A DNA stretch of 64,000 bases from Candidatus Daviesbacteria bacterium (GTDB taxonomy: Bacteria > Patescibacteriota > Microgenomatia > Daviesbacterales > UBA10151). Under the pieces are notes generated by a model, which had not been told where the DNA came from, searched no databases, and worked only from the letters and a program-made list of their open reading frames with translations. The stretch is from the NCBI GenBank assembly GCA_028687915.1, contig JAQTZF010000001.1, forward strand, positions 1,966-65,965, in the 5' to 3' direction. Shown one piece after another: positions 9,694 through 19,812 of the stretch (position 1 is its first letter; the number at the start of each line of letters is the position of its first letter). The position numbers and the translations under genes were made by a program.

Positions 9694-11703
9694 ATGTTAA
9701 CAATAATTAAAAAGAAATCTGTATTCTGGGATCTAATAGGCTCTATTTTATTGGGGTTTTTTATTATTGGAATAATCTCCTATTTTACTACCAATACTGC
9801 TTTAGCCTGGTGGTTAAATACTGATTATGCTTACAGGCAAAGTATTACCATAACCAACGCAGCTGGCGGATCTGCCCAAACCAATTATCAAGTCCAGGTA
9901 TCTGTAGATACCTACACCTTAATTCAGGCTGGCAAATTAAAAGCAGATTGTTCTGATATCAAGTTTGGCAATAGCACTGACACTAATTTAACCTTTTGGA
10001 GGGAATCAGCTTGTAGTAATACCAGCGGTGTGAATACTCTATATTGGATCACTGTTCCAACAATAGCTATTGGATCTTCAACAGCCACCATTTATGTGTA
10101 CTACGGTTATGCTGATGGTACAGATGCCAGTTCTTACACCAGCCTTCCCACTGGAATTAGTGTTGGTACAGGAGCAGATGGAGCTTGTACTGTTAGCAGC
10201 CCCATTACCCTGGATGGAGCCTCAAATAATACCTGTATAGCAAGAGCCCAGGCAGATGGAGTCAGTTTTGCCTCTACTGCTAATAATACCTCCGGCCAAA
10301 ATCAGGTTACCACTTCCACTACTCCCACAGGGCTAGTGGTAGGTGATGAAATATTAATTATTAACTTACAGGGAACTTCTGGTGATAACTCTAATGTAGG
10401 AAAATATGAAACAGCCAGGATTACAGGTATCAGCACTAATACCCTAACTTTAAACCATAATTTAACCAATACTTATAATGGTACCGGTGGAACTCAAAAA
10501 ATAGTTATCCAAAGAGTGCCAAATTATACTAATGTAACTATAAACTCAGGTGGAACTATTACTGCAACTGCCTTTAACGGAACCAAAGGAGGCATTATTT
10601 TCTTTAGGGCATCTGGCACTTTAACTGTTAGTTCTGGAGGAACAGTAGAAGCCAGTAGCTTAGGTTTTAGGTCAACAGCAGGAGGAGCTGCAGCTACTGT
10701 TGGTACCCAGGAAACATTCACAGGAACAGTAAATAGCAGCTCAACTGCGGGAAGTCTGGGCAGCAATGGTACAAATGAAGGTGGTGCAGGAGGAGGAGGA
10801 AGTGGATCTGGTGGTGGAGGTGGTGGATATAGTGGCACTGGTGGAACTGGCACTTCTGGCTCTGCAGGAGGCAGGGGTGCTTGCGCAGGAAATGATGGTT
10901 ATGATAATTGTACAGGCGCAGGTGGCAATGGCGCCAGTGGAGGTACTGCAGCAGCAGGTAATACAAATTATGGCGCAGCTGCTTTAACTACCATCTATTT
11001 AGGATCTTCTGGCTTCAGTGGATCCGGTGGAGGGAACGGAGGGAATGGTGGTTCTGGAGGAGTAGGTGCTGGTGGTGCAGGAGGAGCAAGTGGCATCGGA
11101 GGAGGTATTGTGATAATTGGAGCAAGTACGATTACAATTGCAGGCAATGTTAAAGCTAATGGAGGCAATGGCAGTGCTGGTTCCGTAGGCACAGCTAATC
11201 AGGGTGGAATATATGGAAATTCTGCTCCTGGTGGTGGTGGCGGTGGTGGTGGAGGTGGAAGCGGGGGAAGTATTCTAATTAATAGTGCCTCCACTACTTT
11301 TGGTTCCAGTTTAATTTCAAGCACTGCAGGCACTGCTGGAGCAGGCGGAGGTGGTGGAAGTGCTACATATAGGGGTGGCGGAGGTGGAGGTAATCCTGGT
11401 GGCAATGGTGGGCCTAATTGTCCTGCCCCTACTTTATACTGCGCTTCCAGTGGTACTTCTGCAAATAATGCTGGTGGAGTTGGCACAACTGGTAGAATTG
11501 CTGCAAATTATAGTACAACTTCCGGTTCTTCTAATCCTACTGCCAATAATACTGTTTTACCTATTGCCAGTGCCCCCAATGGTGATGAAGAAGGTGCTCC
11601 AGACCCCACCCCCACTCCTACCCCAACCCCAACAAGCACTATTGTTGATGTTAGAATTAAAAGTAATATTAGGGTAAAAAGTAATGTACGTGTAGGTCAA
11701 TAA
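9694..11703 (+). CDS. DUF2341-domain protein with Gly-rich (GGxGG) repeat region and a C-terminal PT repeat
   Basis: 669 aa. N-terminal TM. ALAWWLNTDYAYRQSITI...DIKFGNS...LYWITVP...IYVYYGY is DUF2341-like. Central poly-Gly/GGNGGNGGSGG tracts. C-terminal PTPTPTPTPTST. The minus-strand Pro-rich ORFs here are artefacts of the GGN codons. Confidence 0.7.
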   Translation: MLTIIKKKSVFWDLIGSILLGFFIIGIISYFTTNTALAWWLNTDYAYRQSITITNAAGGSAQTNYQVQVSVDTYTLIQAGKLKADCSDIKFGNSTDTNLTFWRESACSNTSGVNTLYWITVPTIAIGSSTATIYVYYGYADGTDASSYTSLPTGISVGTGADGACTVSSPITLDGASNNTCIARAQADGVSFASTANNTSGQNQVTTSTTPTGLVVGDEILIINLQGTSGDNSNVGKYETARITGISTNTLTLNHNLTNTYNGTGGTQKIVIQRVPNYTNVTINSGGTITATAFNGTKGGIIFFRASGTLTVSSGGTVEASSLGFRSTAGGAAATVGTQETFTGTVNSSSTAGSLGSNGTNEGGAGGGGSGSGGGGGGYSGTGGTGTSGSAGGRGACAGNDGYDNCTGAGGNGASGGTAAAGNTNYGAAALTTIYLGSSGFSGSGGGNGGNGGSGGVGAGGAGGASGIGGGIVIIGASTITIAGNVKANGGNGSAGSVGTANQGGIYGNSAPGGGGGGGGGGSGGSILINSASTTFGSSLISSTAGTAGAGGGGGSATYRGGGGGGNPGGNGGPNCPAPTLYCASSGTSANNAGGVGTTGRIAANYSTTSGSSNPTANNTVLPIASAPNGDEEGAPDPTPTPTPTPTSTIVDVRIKSNIRVKSNVRVGQ

Positions 11704-11751
11704 CAACCTATTAAATTGCTACGTTGTAATCTATAATCAAACTCCGGAAAT

Positions 11752-13506
11752 ATGAAAAAATTTATTTATATTCTAATCTTAATAGTAACAATATTTCTTG
11801 CCGTAAGTAATTTTGATAATCTAAAAAACTTTCTAAGCATAAAATCTGAAGAGCAAAAAGTAATTGAGCTAAAAACTAAAAAAGAACCTTTAACCAAAGA
11901 AGAATTAAAGTTCCTTTTGGGGAATGCATCAATCCAAAGTATTAAAATTGGGGAAAAAGAGTACTCTTATATAAATAAAAAAGTTGTGGCTAAAAATCAG
12001 CAAAATGTATCAGAGGGTGAAGAAAGAAAAGTATTACAACTGGCTCTATTTTACCTTAGTGTTAAAGAAGACCCTTTATTTACCAGCCCAGAATTTGAGG
12101 TTAAAGATTTTAATAATTCTATTTCTATTTTAGAGCAGGAACAAACTCAACTTCTTACTGTGGCTAAAAAAAATACTTCTATTTTCCCTCTCACCTTTTT
12201 AAAAACAATTTCTGATGTTTTTGATAAAGAAAAAATGTTTTTGACTGACACTAGTTTGGAAAATGCTCAAAACTTACTAAAAACTTACACATTAACTGCT
12301 TCAGCTTATAAAACAGACATAACCTCTTTTACCAAAGGTCTGGAAGCAAAAAAAGCCTATCTTAGCGAACCAGATGTTATTCAACTCAAAGTAGCTACCA
12401 ATACAGAAATTATGCTTGCTGATTTAAAAAAAATGATGGAAAATGGCTCAATTTTAGAATCAGAGGCACAAAAGAGAACTAATTGTCTAAACTCAGGTCA
12501 AAACTGCAGCAGAGAAATCTTTTTCTTTAAAACCCCGGAAATTACAGAAATTGCAAAAGATAAATTTAGTATGCTTCCTCTTACTATACTGTTCCCAATT
12601 CATCCGGATGAGCCTGAATCATTTCGTAAGCTATATATTATCCACTCCCCTTGTTGGGGCTGGGGGCCTGATTTTTCTTCTCCTGCCAACCCTATGTATG
12701 TTGACCATTCAAACGCTAAATTAATAATAGATGCAGAAGGAAATTACCCAAAATCTTTATCTTTAAAATTGGGCAATCAAAACTTTTACAGAAAAGTGGA
12801 CAATACATCAAATAATATAAATAAAAGTTTATCTGAGCTGGGCCTGCGACGGGTTTTACAATCAGAAACAGCCGGTTACCTTTGTAGAAACCTGGAATAC
12901 CAGCCAATGTCAGCAACCATTGATGCTTTTATCAGAGAGTATAAAGATAAACCAATTCTGGGTGGTTTAGATGCAAAAATAGCTAAGTTTGAAAATAACT
13001 TTTTAAATTCTGCCACACCGGCAGATACAGACCTTATTACATTAAGTAAAATTTACAGTTCTGTTTATAAAGATTTGTCTTCCAAAAATTTAAACCCGGA
13101 ATTACAAAACGAAAGCCTAAAAAGATATTTGATGATTAACAGGCAACTATTAGGTTTTCCTAAGATATTAAATAAATCTGCCAATGAATTTTCCCGCTTA
13201 ATTCAACTCCACGAATCTCAACCTGATGTCTTTAAAGAAGAAGGTACTTTTTATGCCTATGTTTTCCCATTTAAAAGTTACTGGAACCTTTTATACTTCC
13301 CTTTTTCTCCTTCCTTCTGGAGATCAGATGCCCACCCTGAATATATAAAGAAGATTGTAATTAATAGTAGCTTTCCCATAAACCAGAAAACATTTATTAC
13401 TTATCCGGAAGCACAATCTATTGCAAACCCGGAGGAAATTAATAGATGGTCCATAGAAGGTTATAAATATACCCTGGAAAAACTGCCACCAACTAGGATT
13501 AACTAA
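11752..13506 (+). CDS. Hypothetical secreted/membrane-anchored protein
   Basis: 584-aa ORF with an N-terminal hydrophobic helix (MKKFIYILILIVTIFLAVSNF). Its stop overlaps the start of the downstream ABC ATPase gene. No recognisable motif. Confidence 0.55.
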   Translation: MKKFIYILILIVTIFLAVSNFDNLKNFLSIKSEEQKVIELKTKKEPLTKEELKFLLGNASIQSIKIGEKEYSYINKKVVAKNQQNVSEGEERKVLQLALFYLSVKEDPLFTSPEFEVKDFNNSISILEQEQTQLLTVAKKNTSIFPLTFLKTISDVFDKEKMFLTDTSLENAQNLLKTYTLTASAYKTDITSFTKGLEAKKAYLSEPDVIQLKVATNTEIMLADLKKMMENGSILESEAQKRTNCLNSGQNCSREIFFFKTPEITEIAKDKFSMLPLTILFPIHPDEPESFRKLYIIHSPCWGWGPDFSSPANPMYVDHSNAKLIIDAEGNYPKSLSLKLGNQNFYRKVDNTSNNINKSLSELGLRRVLQSETAGYLCRNLEYQPMSATIDAFIREYKDKPILGGLDAKIAKFENNFLNSATPADTDLITLSKIYSSVYKDLSSKNLNPELQNESLKRYLMINRQLLGFPKILNKSANEFSRLIQLHESQPDVFKEEGTFYAYVFPFKSYWNLLYFPFSPSFWRSDAHPEYIKKIVINSSFPINQKTFITYPEAQSIANPEEINRWSIEGYKYTLEKLPPTRIN

Positions 13507-14261
13507 TGAATACACTTATCCAGGTAAAGCACCTTTCATTTTCCTACCTTACCAGAACTGGTTCATTTACAGCTTTAAAAGACCTCTCTTTTGAAATAAA
13601 TAAGACAGAATTTGTTTGTATTATTGGCCCTTCAGGTTGTGGCAAAACCACTCTTTTAAACTGTTTAGCCGGGCTCCTTAAACCAACCCAGGGAGAATTT
13701 TATTTAAACGGTCAAACAGCTGTGGTTTTCCAAGACCCACTTCTTTTACCCTGGAGAAATGTTTTAACGAATATTACTTATGGTCTGGAAATTCAAAAAA
13801 TAGATCCTCAGGAAATTGCCAAAAGAGCTAAAAAGATACTATCCACCCTTAAGCTTGCTGATTTTGCCCATTTTTACCCCCATCAGCTCTCCGGAGGAAT
13901 GAAACAAAGAGTAAACTTAGGCCGGGCACTTATTTGTAATCCAGATATTTTACTGCTTGATGAGCCGCTCTCCCATCTTGATCCTCAGACCAGAGAACAA
14001 ATGCAGCTTGAAATCCTAAGAATCTTTGATAAAGAGAAAAAAACTTTTATCTTTGTCACCCACTTAATTGAAGAAGCAATCTTTTTGGCAGACAGATTGA
14101 TAATTTTAGGTAAAAGTCCCGGAACAATTAGAGAAGTTATTAAAATTAATTTTAAACGGCCAAGAGATTTAACCTTAAAACACAACCGTAAATTCCAGAA
14201 CATGGAAAAATTAGTGAACGATATATTAACTTCAGAAGGTGCTGATGAGGAAAATCCATGA
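13506..14261 (+). CDS. ABC transporter ATP-binding protein (NitT/TauT nitrate/sulfonate/bicarbonate-type)
   Basis: Walker A GPSGCGKTT, ABC signature LSGGMKQRVNLGRAL, Walker B LLLDEPLSHLD. 251 aa, typical for SsuB/TauB-like ATPases. Confidence 0.85.
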   Translation: MNTLIQVKHLSFSYLTRTGSFTALKDLSFEINKTEFVCIIGPSGCGKTTLLNCLAGLLKPTQGEFYLNGQTAVVFQDPLLLPWRNVLTNITYGLEIQKIDPQEIAKRAKKILSTLKLADFAHFYPHQLSGGMKQRVNLGRALICNPDILLLDEPLSHLDPQTREQMQLEILRIFDKEKKTFIFVTHLIEEAIFLADRLIILGKSPGTIREVIKINFKRPRDLTLKHNRKFQNMEKLVNDILTSEGADEENP

Positions 14262-15031
14262 ATAGAATTTTTAAAATTTATCAAAATCAGCAGCATTTTT
14301 TTCTTGGGTTCACTGGTGCCCTTATTTTCCTAACCATATGGGAGATTATTACCAGGACAAAAATAATCAATCCCATCTTTCTAAGTCCACCCACAGAAAT
14401 CTTACAAACAGAATGGATCCTTTTTACATCCGGTAAAATCTTTCCTCATCTTTTTATATCTTTACAAGAATTTTCATTAGGTTTTGCCATAGCAATAATT
14501 CTTGGAGTATCTTTGGGACTGCTCATTGGTTGGTATAAAAAGATAGAAGCTTTAACTTCATCACTTATCTACAGCCTTTACTCTACCCCCAACATTGCTT
14601 TGCTACCATTGATCATTATTTGGACCGGACTTGGAATATGGTCCAAAATTATTGTGGTTTTTCTGGGAGCATTTTTCCCAATCTTAATCAATACTATCGC
14701 GGGGGTTAAAAACCTAGATCCTAATTTAGTTTCTCTTGCCCGCTCATTCGGGGCAACAGAAAGTCAAATATTCAAAACAATTATTTTTCCTGCATCCCTA
14801 CCCTATATTTTAACCGGATTTAAACTAGCTATTCCCCGAGCAATGATTGGAATGATTATTGGGGAATTCTTTGTTTCCAATCAAGGACTGGGATATTTAA
14901 TTACTTTTTACGGTTCAACCTTCCAAACAGCAGAGATTCTGGCAGTAGTTGTAATTGTAGTAATTATTAGTGTTTCCCTGACTAAACTATTGTCATATCT
15001 GGAAAAACATTTTCAATCCTGGAAAGTTTAA
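14258..15031 (+). CDS. ABC transporter permease (SsuC/TauC-like, BPD_transp_1)
   Basis: 257 aa, ~6 TM segments, EAA-like loop region (ARSFGATESQIFKTIIFPASLPYILTGFKLAIPRAMIGMIIGEF). Translationally coupled (4-nt overlap) to the upstream ATPase gene. Confidence 0.8.
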   Translation: MNRIFKIYQNQQHFFLGFTGALIFLTIWEIITRTKIINPIFLSPPTEILQTEWILFTSGKIFPHLFISLQEFSLGFAIAIILGVSLGLLIGWYKKIEALTSSLIYSLYSTPNIALLPLIIIWTGLGIWSKIIVVFLGAFFPILINTIAGVKNLDPNLVSLARSFGATESQIFKTIIFPASLPYILTGFKLAIPRAMIGMIIGEFFVSNQGLGYLITFYGSTFQTAEILAVVVIVVIISVSLTKLLSYLEKHFQSWKV

Positions 15032-16308
15032 TCTAAATGAGAAACTATTTTTTTGTGTTTACTACTCATCGGAAAGCTATTGATAAACTCCACCTCTAAC
15101 GGTTTAAATATCTCTTCGGAAACCAAACTGGCTAAAGTGCGCCTGGCAGATAAATACAGCTCCTCACTAAATCCTTTTACTATTAATTTTATTAGCTTTT
15201 CTGACTTACCCTGATAACCTTTTTTTAAGATAAGCTGTAACTTTAACCTTGGAATTATTTTTTCTTTTTCTAAATCCTCAAAGACGTGTAACTGGAATTT
15301 AGGTGATGATAGATATTGTTGGAAAGGAAGCAGGGCTTTTTCTACTAAGTCTGCATAAATAAAAACTCCATGTATTTTTAAAGCATCATAATTAATTCTA
15401 CCCAATATTTTAAATCTTTCTTTTTGGCCACACCCACAATCATAATCCTCTACTTCTATTGCATCACCTGTTTTGTACCTAATTAATGGAAACCCATTTT
15501 TATATAAATTAGTAAGAAAAAGTTCGCTGTCTCCGCTTGAATTAATAACTTCATAATAATAATTTGAAGATTTATGGAAGTAATTAGTGCTAAGAGTATC
15601 CAGGCACCCACAACTTAAACCAATCGCCCCTCCCTGGGCTTCTGACATTCCATAATTATAAATAAACCGCGTGTTTTTAAATTTTTTCTTAAATATCAAA
15701 TCCTTTTGTTTGGAACAAAATTCCCCAATTAATGAAATTCTTTTAATATTATCTAAACTATATTCTTTTTCTAAAAACGGTATAAAAAAATATAGGGCTG
15801 TTGGTGAAGTTACAAGTAAATCTATTTTTAATTTGGCAGCAATTTTAGCTGAAAGCGGTAGATTATTAATATCACCTAATACACAAACCGCATTATCCTT
15901 TATTCTTTTTCTATCAAGTAAATGCATGGCAGCTTGATGTGGAGATAATAATTTCATTATAGATGTTACATGAAAGTCATCCCTCGACTTACCTCCTTTA
16001 TCTTTATAAATTTGCCTGGCAAGATTTTGCTGTCTAAATACCACAGATAAAGAGTTTATATTTTTGGTAGTACCACTGGAAATACTCACTGTCCCAAATT
16101 CACTCCAGGGTAAATAAAATCTGCTAAAGGGATCAGAACTAACCAATTCATCTTTAGTTAAATATGGAAGTTTTTTAAAATCTTCCATACTATTAATATC
16201 TTTAATTAAATTTATTCCAGCCTTGGTATATTTATCTTTATAAAAAGAAGAATAAGGAGAGTTCCAGACAAACTCTAATATTTTTTTAATTTTTGAATCT
16301 AATTTCAT
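15028..16308 (-). CDS. PaaK/CapK-like adenylate-forming ligase (phenylacetate-CoA ligase / coenzyme F390 synthetase family), paralog 1
   Basis: 426 aa. N-terminal FYKDKYTKAGINLIKDINSMEDFKKLPYLTKDEL matches the PaaK pattern (YR..F...GV.P.DI.SLEDL.KLPFT.K.DL). SSGTT motif (ISSGTTKN). Size typical of PaaK (~430 aa). Confidence 0.75.
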   Translation of the reverse strand: MKLDSKIKKILEFVWNSPYSSFYKDKYTKAGINLIKDINSMEDFKKLPYLTKDELVSSDPFSRFYLPWSEFGTVSISSGTTKNINSLSVVFRQQNLARQIYKDKGGKSRDDFHVTSIMKLLSPHQAAMHLLDRKRIKDNAVCVLGDINNLPLSAKIAAKLKIDLLVTSPTALYFFIPFLEKEYSLDNIKRISLIGEFCSKQKDLIFKKKFKNTRFIYNYGMSEAQGGAIGLSCGCLDTLSTNYFHKSSNYYYEVINSSGDSELFLTNLYKNGFPLIRYKTGDAIEVEDYDCGCGQKERFKILGRINYDALKIHGVFIYADLVEKALLPFQQYLSSPKFQLHVFEDLEKEKIIPRLKLQLILKKGYQGKSEKLIKLIVKGFSEELYLSARRTLASLVSEEIFKPLEVEFINSFPMSSKHKKIVSHLD

Positions 16309-16309
16309 T

Positions 16310-17599
16310 CTATTGGTGATAAATAATATTTATATTTTTAGGGGGCACATATTCTATGGATTGAACAAACTCTACCTCTATAGGCAAAAACCTTTTTTGC
16401 TTAACTAATTCTTCAAGACTTTCCATGGATTCAAAAAATAATTTTTGATTTATAGCTTTTACTATCTTTTTTTTAGCACTGCTTTTATTAATACCTTTTC
16501 CCAGCATTAACTGAAAATGTAATCTGGGTAATTTGTTCTTTTTATCTTTTTCATATATATGTAATTTCCAGTTAGAAATATCTAAAATATCTTTTTGAGA
16601 AACAATTAAATCATCAATTGGTTCCGGATAAAAATAGATTCCTCCTGCTTTAATGACATCAGTTCCAATCCTTCCAAAAACCTTTATTACCTCTTTCTCC
16701 CCACACTGACAATCTTCTATGTAGCTTTTAACCATATCCCCTGTTTTATATCTGATTAAAGGCAACTCTCGTGAATTATCCAGATGTGTTACTACTAATT
16801 CACTTTCTTCTTTTGGATTAATAAACTCATAATATAAATGTGGTCTGGGATGTAAAAGTTGTGGAGATTGTTTAACCAGGTACTTACAGCTTCTTCCCAT
16901 ACCACCAACTCCTGTAGCAGCATACTTAAGATTAAAATAAGCGTTGGGAAACTTTTCCTTAAAATAACTGAGCCTTTCACTGGAACGATATTCCCCTCCC
17001 ATACTTATATACTTAATCTTTTTTAAGTCATAAAATTTTTCAAGATGTGGAAGTAACCTGGTGAGATTAGAGGGTGATATTATCATCGAATCTACCCGAA
17101 GTTTTGACATTAACATAGCAGTTGATGGCATATTATAAAGATTAGCTAAATAACGGTTAATACTTTTATGCCTTATTTCCAGAGAATCTAAATAAATAAC
17201 CGGCACAAGAAAAATCATGCAGCTTTTAACCCCTAGCTCCACTGCCTTCTGAGACATTTTCTTAGTACGGGCGTTTAACTCATTTGCTCTTAAGATAACC
17301 ACCCGATTTTCAGACGTAGTACCGCTTGAAATACTATAAAGTTTAAATTTATCAATTGGTAAATAGAACCTGTCAAACGGATCTGAATTGATAAAATCTT
17401 CCCTGGTTAAATATGGAAGTTTTTTAAAATCTTCCATGCTATTAATATCTTTAATTAAATTTATTCCAGCCTTGGTATATTTATCTTTATAAAAAGAAGA
17501 ATAAGGAGAGTTCCAGACAAACTCTAATATTTTTTTAATTTTTTTAAAGATAACCTCTTCTCTACTCTTTTTCATAATGCTAATATAACAGATACTCAA
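16310..17599 (-). CDS. PaaK/CapK-like adenylate-forming ligase, paralog 2 (true start may be Met9 at 17575)
   Basis: 429 aa. The N-terminal block LEFVWNSPYSSFYKDKYTKAGINLIKDINSMEDFKKLP is identical to that of paralog 1. ISSGTTSENRVVIL motif. Confidence 0.75.
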   Translation of the reverse strand: MSICYISIMKKSREEVIFKKIKKILEFVWNSPYSSFYKDKYTKAGINLIKDINSMEDFKKLPYLTREDFINSDPFDRFYLPIDKFKLYSISSGTTSENRVVILRANELNARTKKMSQKAVELGVKSCMIFLVPVIYLDSLEIRHKSINRYLANLYNMPSTAMLMSKLRVDSMIISPSNLTRLLPHLEKFYDLKKIKYISMGGEYRSSERLSYFKEKFPNAYFNLKYAATGVGGMGRSCKYLVKQSPQLLHPRPHLYYEFINPKEESELVVTHLDNSRELPLIRYKTGDMVKSYIEDCQCGEKEVIKVFGRIGTDVIKAGGIYFYPEPIDDLIVSQKDILDISNWKLHIYEKDKKNKLPRLHFQLMLGKGINKSSAKKKIVKAINQKLFFESMESLEELVKQKRFLPIEVEFVQSIEYVPPKNINIIYHQ

Positions 17600-17605
17600 A
17601 CCATT

Positions 17606-18673
17606 ATGAAGAATATCTATTTTACCTTAGGGCCCTCCCAACTTTTTCCAGGGGTGGAAGGTTTTGTAAAAAAAGCTTTAAGTGAAGATATTTTATCTCT
17701 TTTTCACCGTAGTCCAAAAGGTCAGGATATTTATCAAAGTGCAACAGAAAATTTAAAGATTCTTTTAAATATTCCGAAAGATTTTCATATTTTCTTCTTA
17801 TCTTCCAGTACAGAAGCAATGGAAAAAATACTGGAAAATTGTGTAGAAAAAAACAGCTTTCATTTTATTAACGGAGCTTTTTCTGAAAGGTTTTATGAAA
17901 CCGCAACTGAATTAAAAAAGAAACCACTTTTTTTAAAAGCCCCACTTGGAGAAGGTTTTGATTTTACAAAAGTAAAGATTCCTTCTAACACTGAAGTTAT
18001 CTGCTTTACCCAAAATGAAACAAGTACCGGAGTTGCTCTAAATCCAAATGATATTTATAGATTTAAAAAGCTGCATCCTCAAAAGTTAATTGCTGTTGAT
18101 ATTGTGTCCTCAATACCCACTATTGACCTTGATTACTCGATGATTGATTTATCCTTCTTCTCAGTCCAAAAAGGCTTTGGCTTACCAGCAGGGCTGGCAG
18201 TATTAATTGTCAGCCCTCAAGCTTTTAAAAAAGCCATGGAATTAAAAAACAAAGGATTAAATATTGGCAGTTATCATAACTTTGCCAACTTACAACACTA
18301 TGCACTTAACAACCAAACAATGGAAACACCAAATGTTTTAGGGCTTTATCTTTTAAATAAAGTTGTTACAAAAATGTTAAAAATAGGGATTAAAAGTATA
18401 AAACAGCATACAGACAAAAAGGCTAAACTTCTATATGATTTTTTTGATAGTGATAAAAGGTTTGAGCCATTTGTGAAAGATAAAAATCTTCGCTCTAAAA
18501 CAGTAATTGTTATTAATGTTCAAACAGACTCTCAGCAAATCGCAGAGAAACTGGCAACCAATGGTATTATCATTGGTACAGGTTACAAGCAATTAAAATC
18601 AAGCCAGATCAGAATTGCAAACTTTCCAGCTCATAACCTAAAAGATATAAAAAAGCTAATTGCTAATCTTTAA
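17606..18673 (+). CDS. Class V aminotransferase, phosphoserine-aminotransferase (SerC)-like
   Basis: 355 aa. FSVQKGFGLPAGLAVLIV resembles the SerC PLP-lysine region (AGAQKN.GPAGL..VIV). C-terminal GYKQLKSSQIRIANFPAHNLKDIKKL resembles SerC (G.RASIYNAMP.EGV..L). Confidence 0.65.
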   Translation: MKNIYFTLGPSQLFPGVEGFVKKALSEDILSLFHRSPKGQDIYQSATENLKILLNIPKDFHIFFLSSSTEAMEKILENCVEKNSFHFINGAFSERFYETATELKKKPLFLKAPLGEGFDFTKVKIPSNTEVICFTQNETSTGVALNPNDIYRFKKLHPQKLIAVDIVSSIPTIDLDYSMIDLSFFSVQKGFGLPAGLAVLIVSPQAFKKAMELKNKGLNIGSYHNFANLQHYALNNQTMETPNVLGLYLLNKVVTKMLKIGIKSIKQHTDKKAKLLYDFFDSDKRFEPFVKDKNLRSKTVIVINVQTDSQQIAEKLATNGIIIGTGYKQLKSSQIRIANFPAHNLKDIKKLIANL

Positions 18674-18723
18674 ATTTCTTACATGATTGATTTATGGATT
18701 ACTTTATGTAAGAATCCAAATCA

Positions 18724-19767
18724 GTGAAAAAGAATATTGCGGTCGTTGTTGGTATATTATTAATTCTGTTGGTTGGGGCCTACATTTTTGGAAAAAATAA
18801 ATTGATTCCCTCTTCCTCTGTTACACAACAAGATCAGTCACTTGTAACAACCAATAACACTCCTTCAAAGATGACACTCATTACTACTAATGTTAAATCA
18901 AATCAAATTCCAATAGTTGTGGCACTCAAAAAAGGTTTTTTCCAAAAATATAATATAGAAACCAATATCGAAGAAGTGCCGAAAAATTCTCTTCAAGTAT
19001 TAGTTTCCGGAAAAGCTGATGCTATATTAATTACTCCTAATATAGCTTTGGCTGCTGCTGTAGAAGGAGCTGAAATTTCTTGGATTGGAACAGTTAACAA
19101 CAACAATAATTGGGTGGTTGTATCAAATAAAAATATTCAGGAAATTAAAAGCATGGGTGTTCTTAGCGGGCTGGATAAAGTTAATTCTCTAAGTCTCCTT
19201 CAACTTTTAAAGGTTAATACAGATAATATCCAGTTTCAGGAACTAGCTGATACACAAACAAAATTAACTGCCTTAAAAGAAAAACAAGTAGATTCTGTTG
19301 GTGTTGCCAAAACTGACTGGCTTTTATTCAAAAAGAAGTTCAATCTTTCTGATGATTATCAAATTATTTTAGACTCCTCCGTAAACCAGGATGCAGCTTT
19401 ACCAATTGCAGTAATTGCCAGAAATGGATTTTTAGAAGATAAAAAAACTTCTGAAAATTTTATCCAAGCATTAGTTGAAGCAGACTACTGGATAAAAAAC
19501 AAGGAAAATAAGGAAGAGTTAATAAAGTTGATTTCAGAATTTTATCCAAATATGCCCTCTGATGATGCTGTGGTATATGCCGATGTTTATCTCTCTACAC
19601 TTGCTGGCTTAAATCCCATTCCTGATATCAAAAAAGGAGAAAACATATTAAAACTTATCAATAACATAAACCCTAAAGCCAGGGATTATGATATTAATAA
19701 ATTTGTATCTACAAAAATAATTACATCTCTTAAAGAGTCTGGTTTTTTAAATCAATTTAACTTTTAG
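18724..19767 (+). CDS. Membrane-anchored ABC substrate-binding protein, NMT1/SsuA-like (paralog A)
   Basis: 347 aa. N-terminal TM anchor. Blocks LTALKEKQVD, EADYWIKN and NPKARDYDINKF are shared with the two downstream paralogs. Lies adjacent to the NitT/TauT-type ABC genes. Confidence 0.6.
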   Translation: MKKNIAVVVGILLILLVGAYIFGKNKLIPSSSVTQQDQSLVTTNNTPSKMTLITTNVKSNQIPIVVALKKGFFQKYNIETNIEEVPKNSLQVLVSGKADAILITPNIALAAAVEGAEISWIGTVNNNNNWVVVSNKNIQEIKSMGVLSGLDKVNSLSLLQLLKVNTDNIQFQELADTQTKLTALKEKQVDSVGVAKTDWLLFKKKFNLSDDYQIILDSSVNQDAALPIAVIARNGFLEDKKTSENFIQALVEADYWIKNKENKEELIKLISEFYPNMPSDDAVVYADVYLSTLAGLNPIPDIKKGENILKLINNINPKARDYDINKFVSTKIITSLKESGFLNQFNF

Positions 19768-19812
19768 AAAAAGATTGACACTTTCTATTTATTATGTAAA
19801 AATACCTCACCA

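Noticed and set aside
10524-11677. Several 65-109-aa ORFs on both strands inside 9694..11703, encoding Pro-rich or Leu/Val-rich peptides
   Set aside because: They are mirror or alternate-frame artefacts of the long GGN-codon (poly-Gly) tracts of the plus-strand gene (GGN read in reverse gives NCC = Pro). They have no independent start context.
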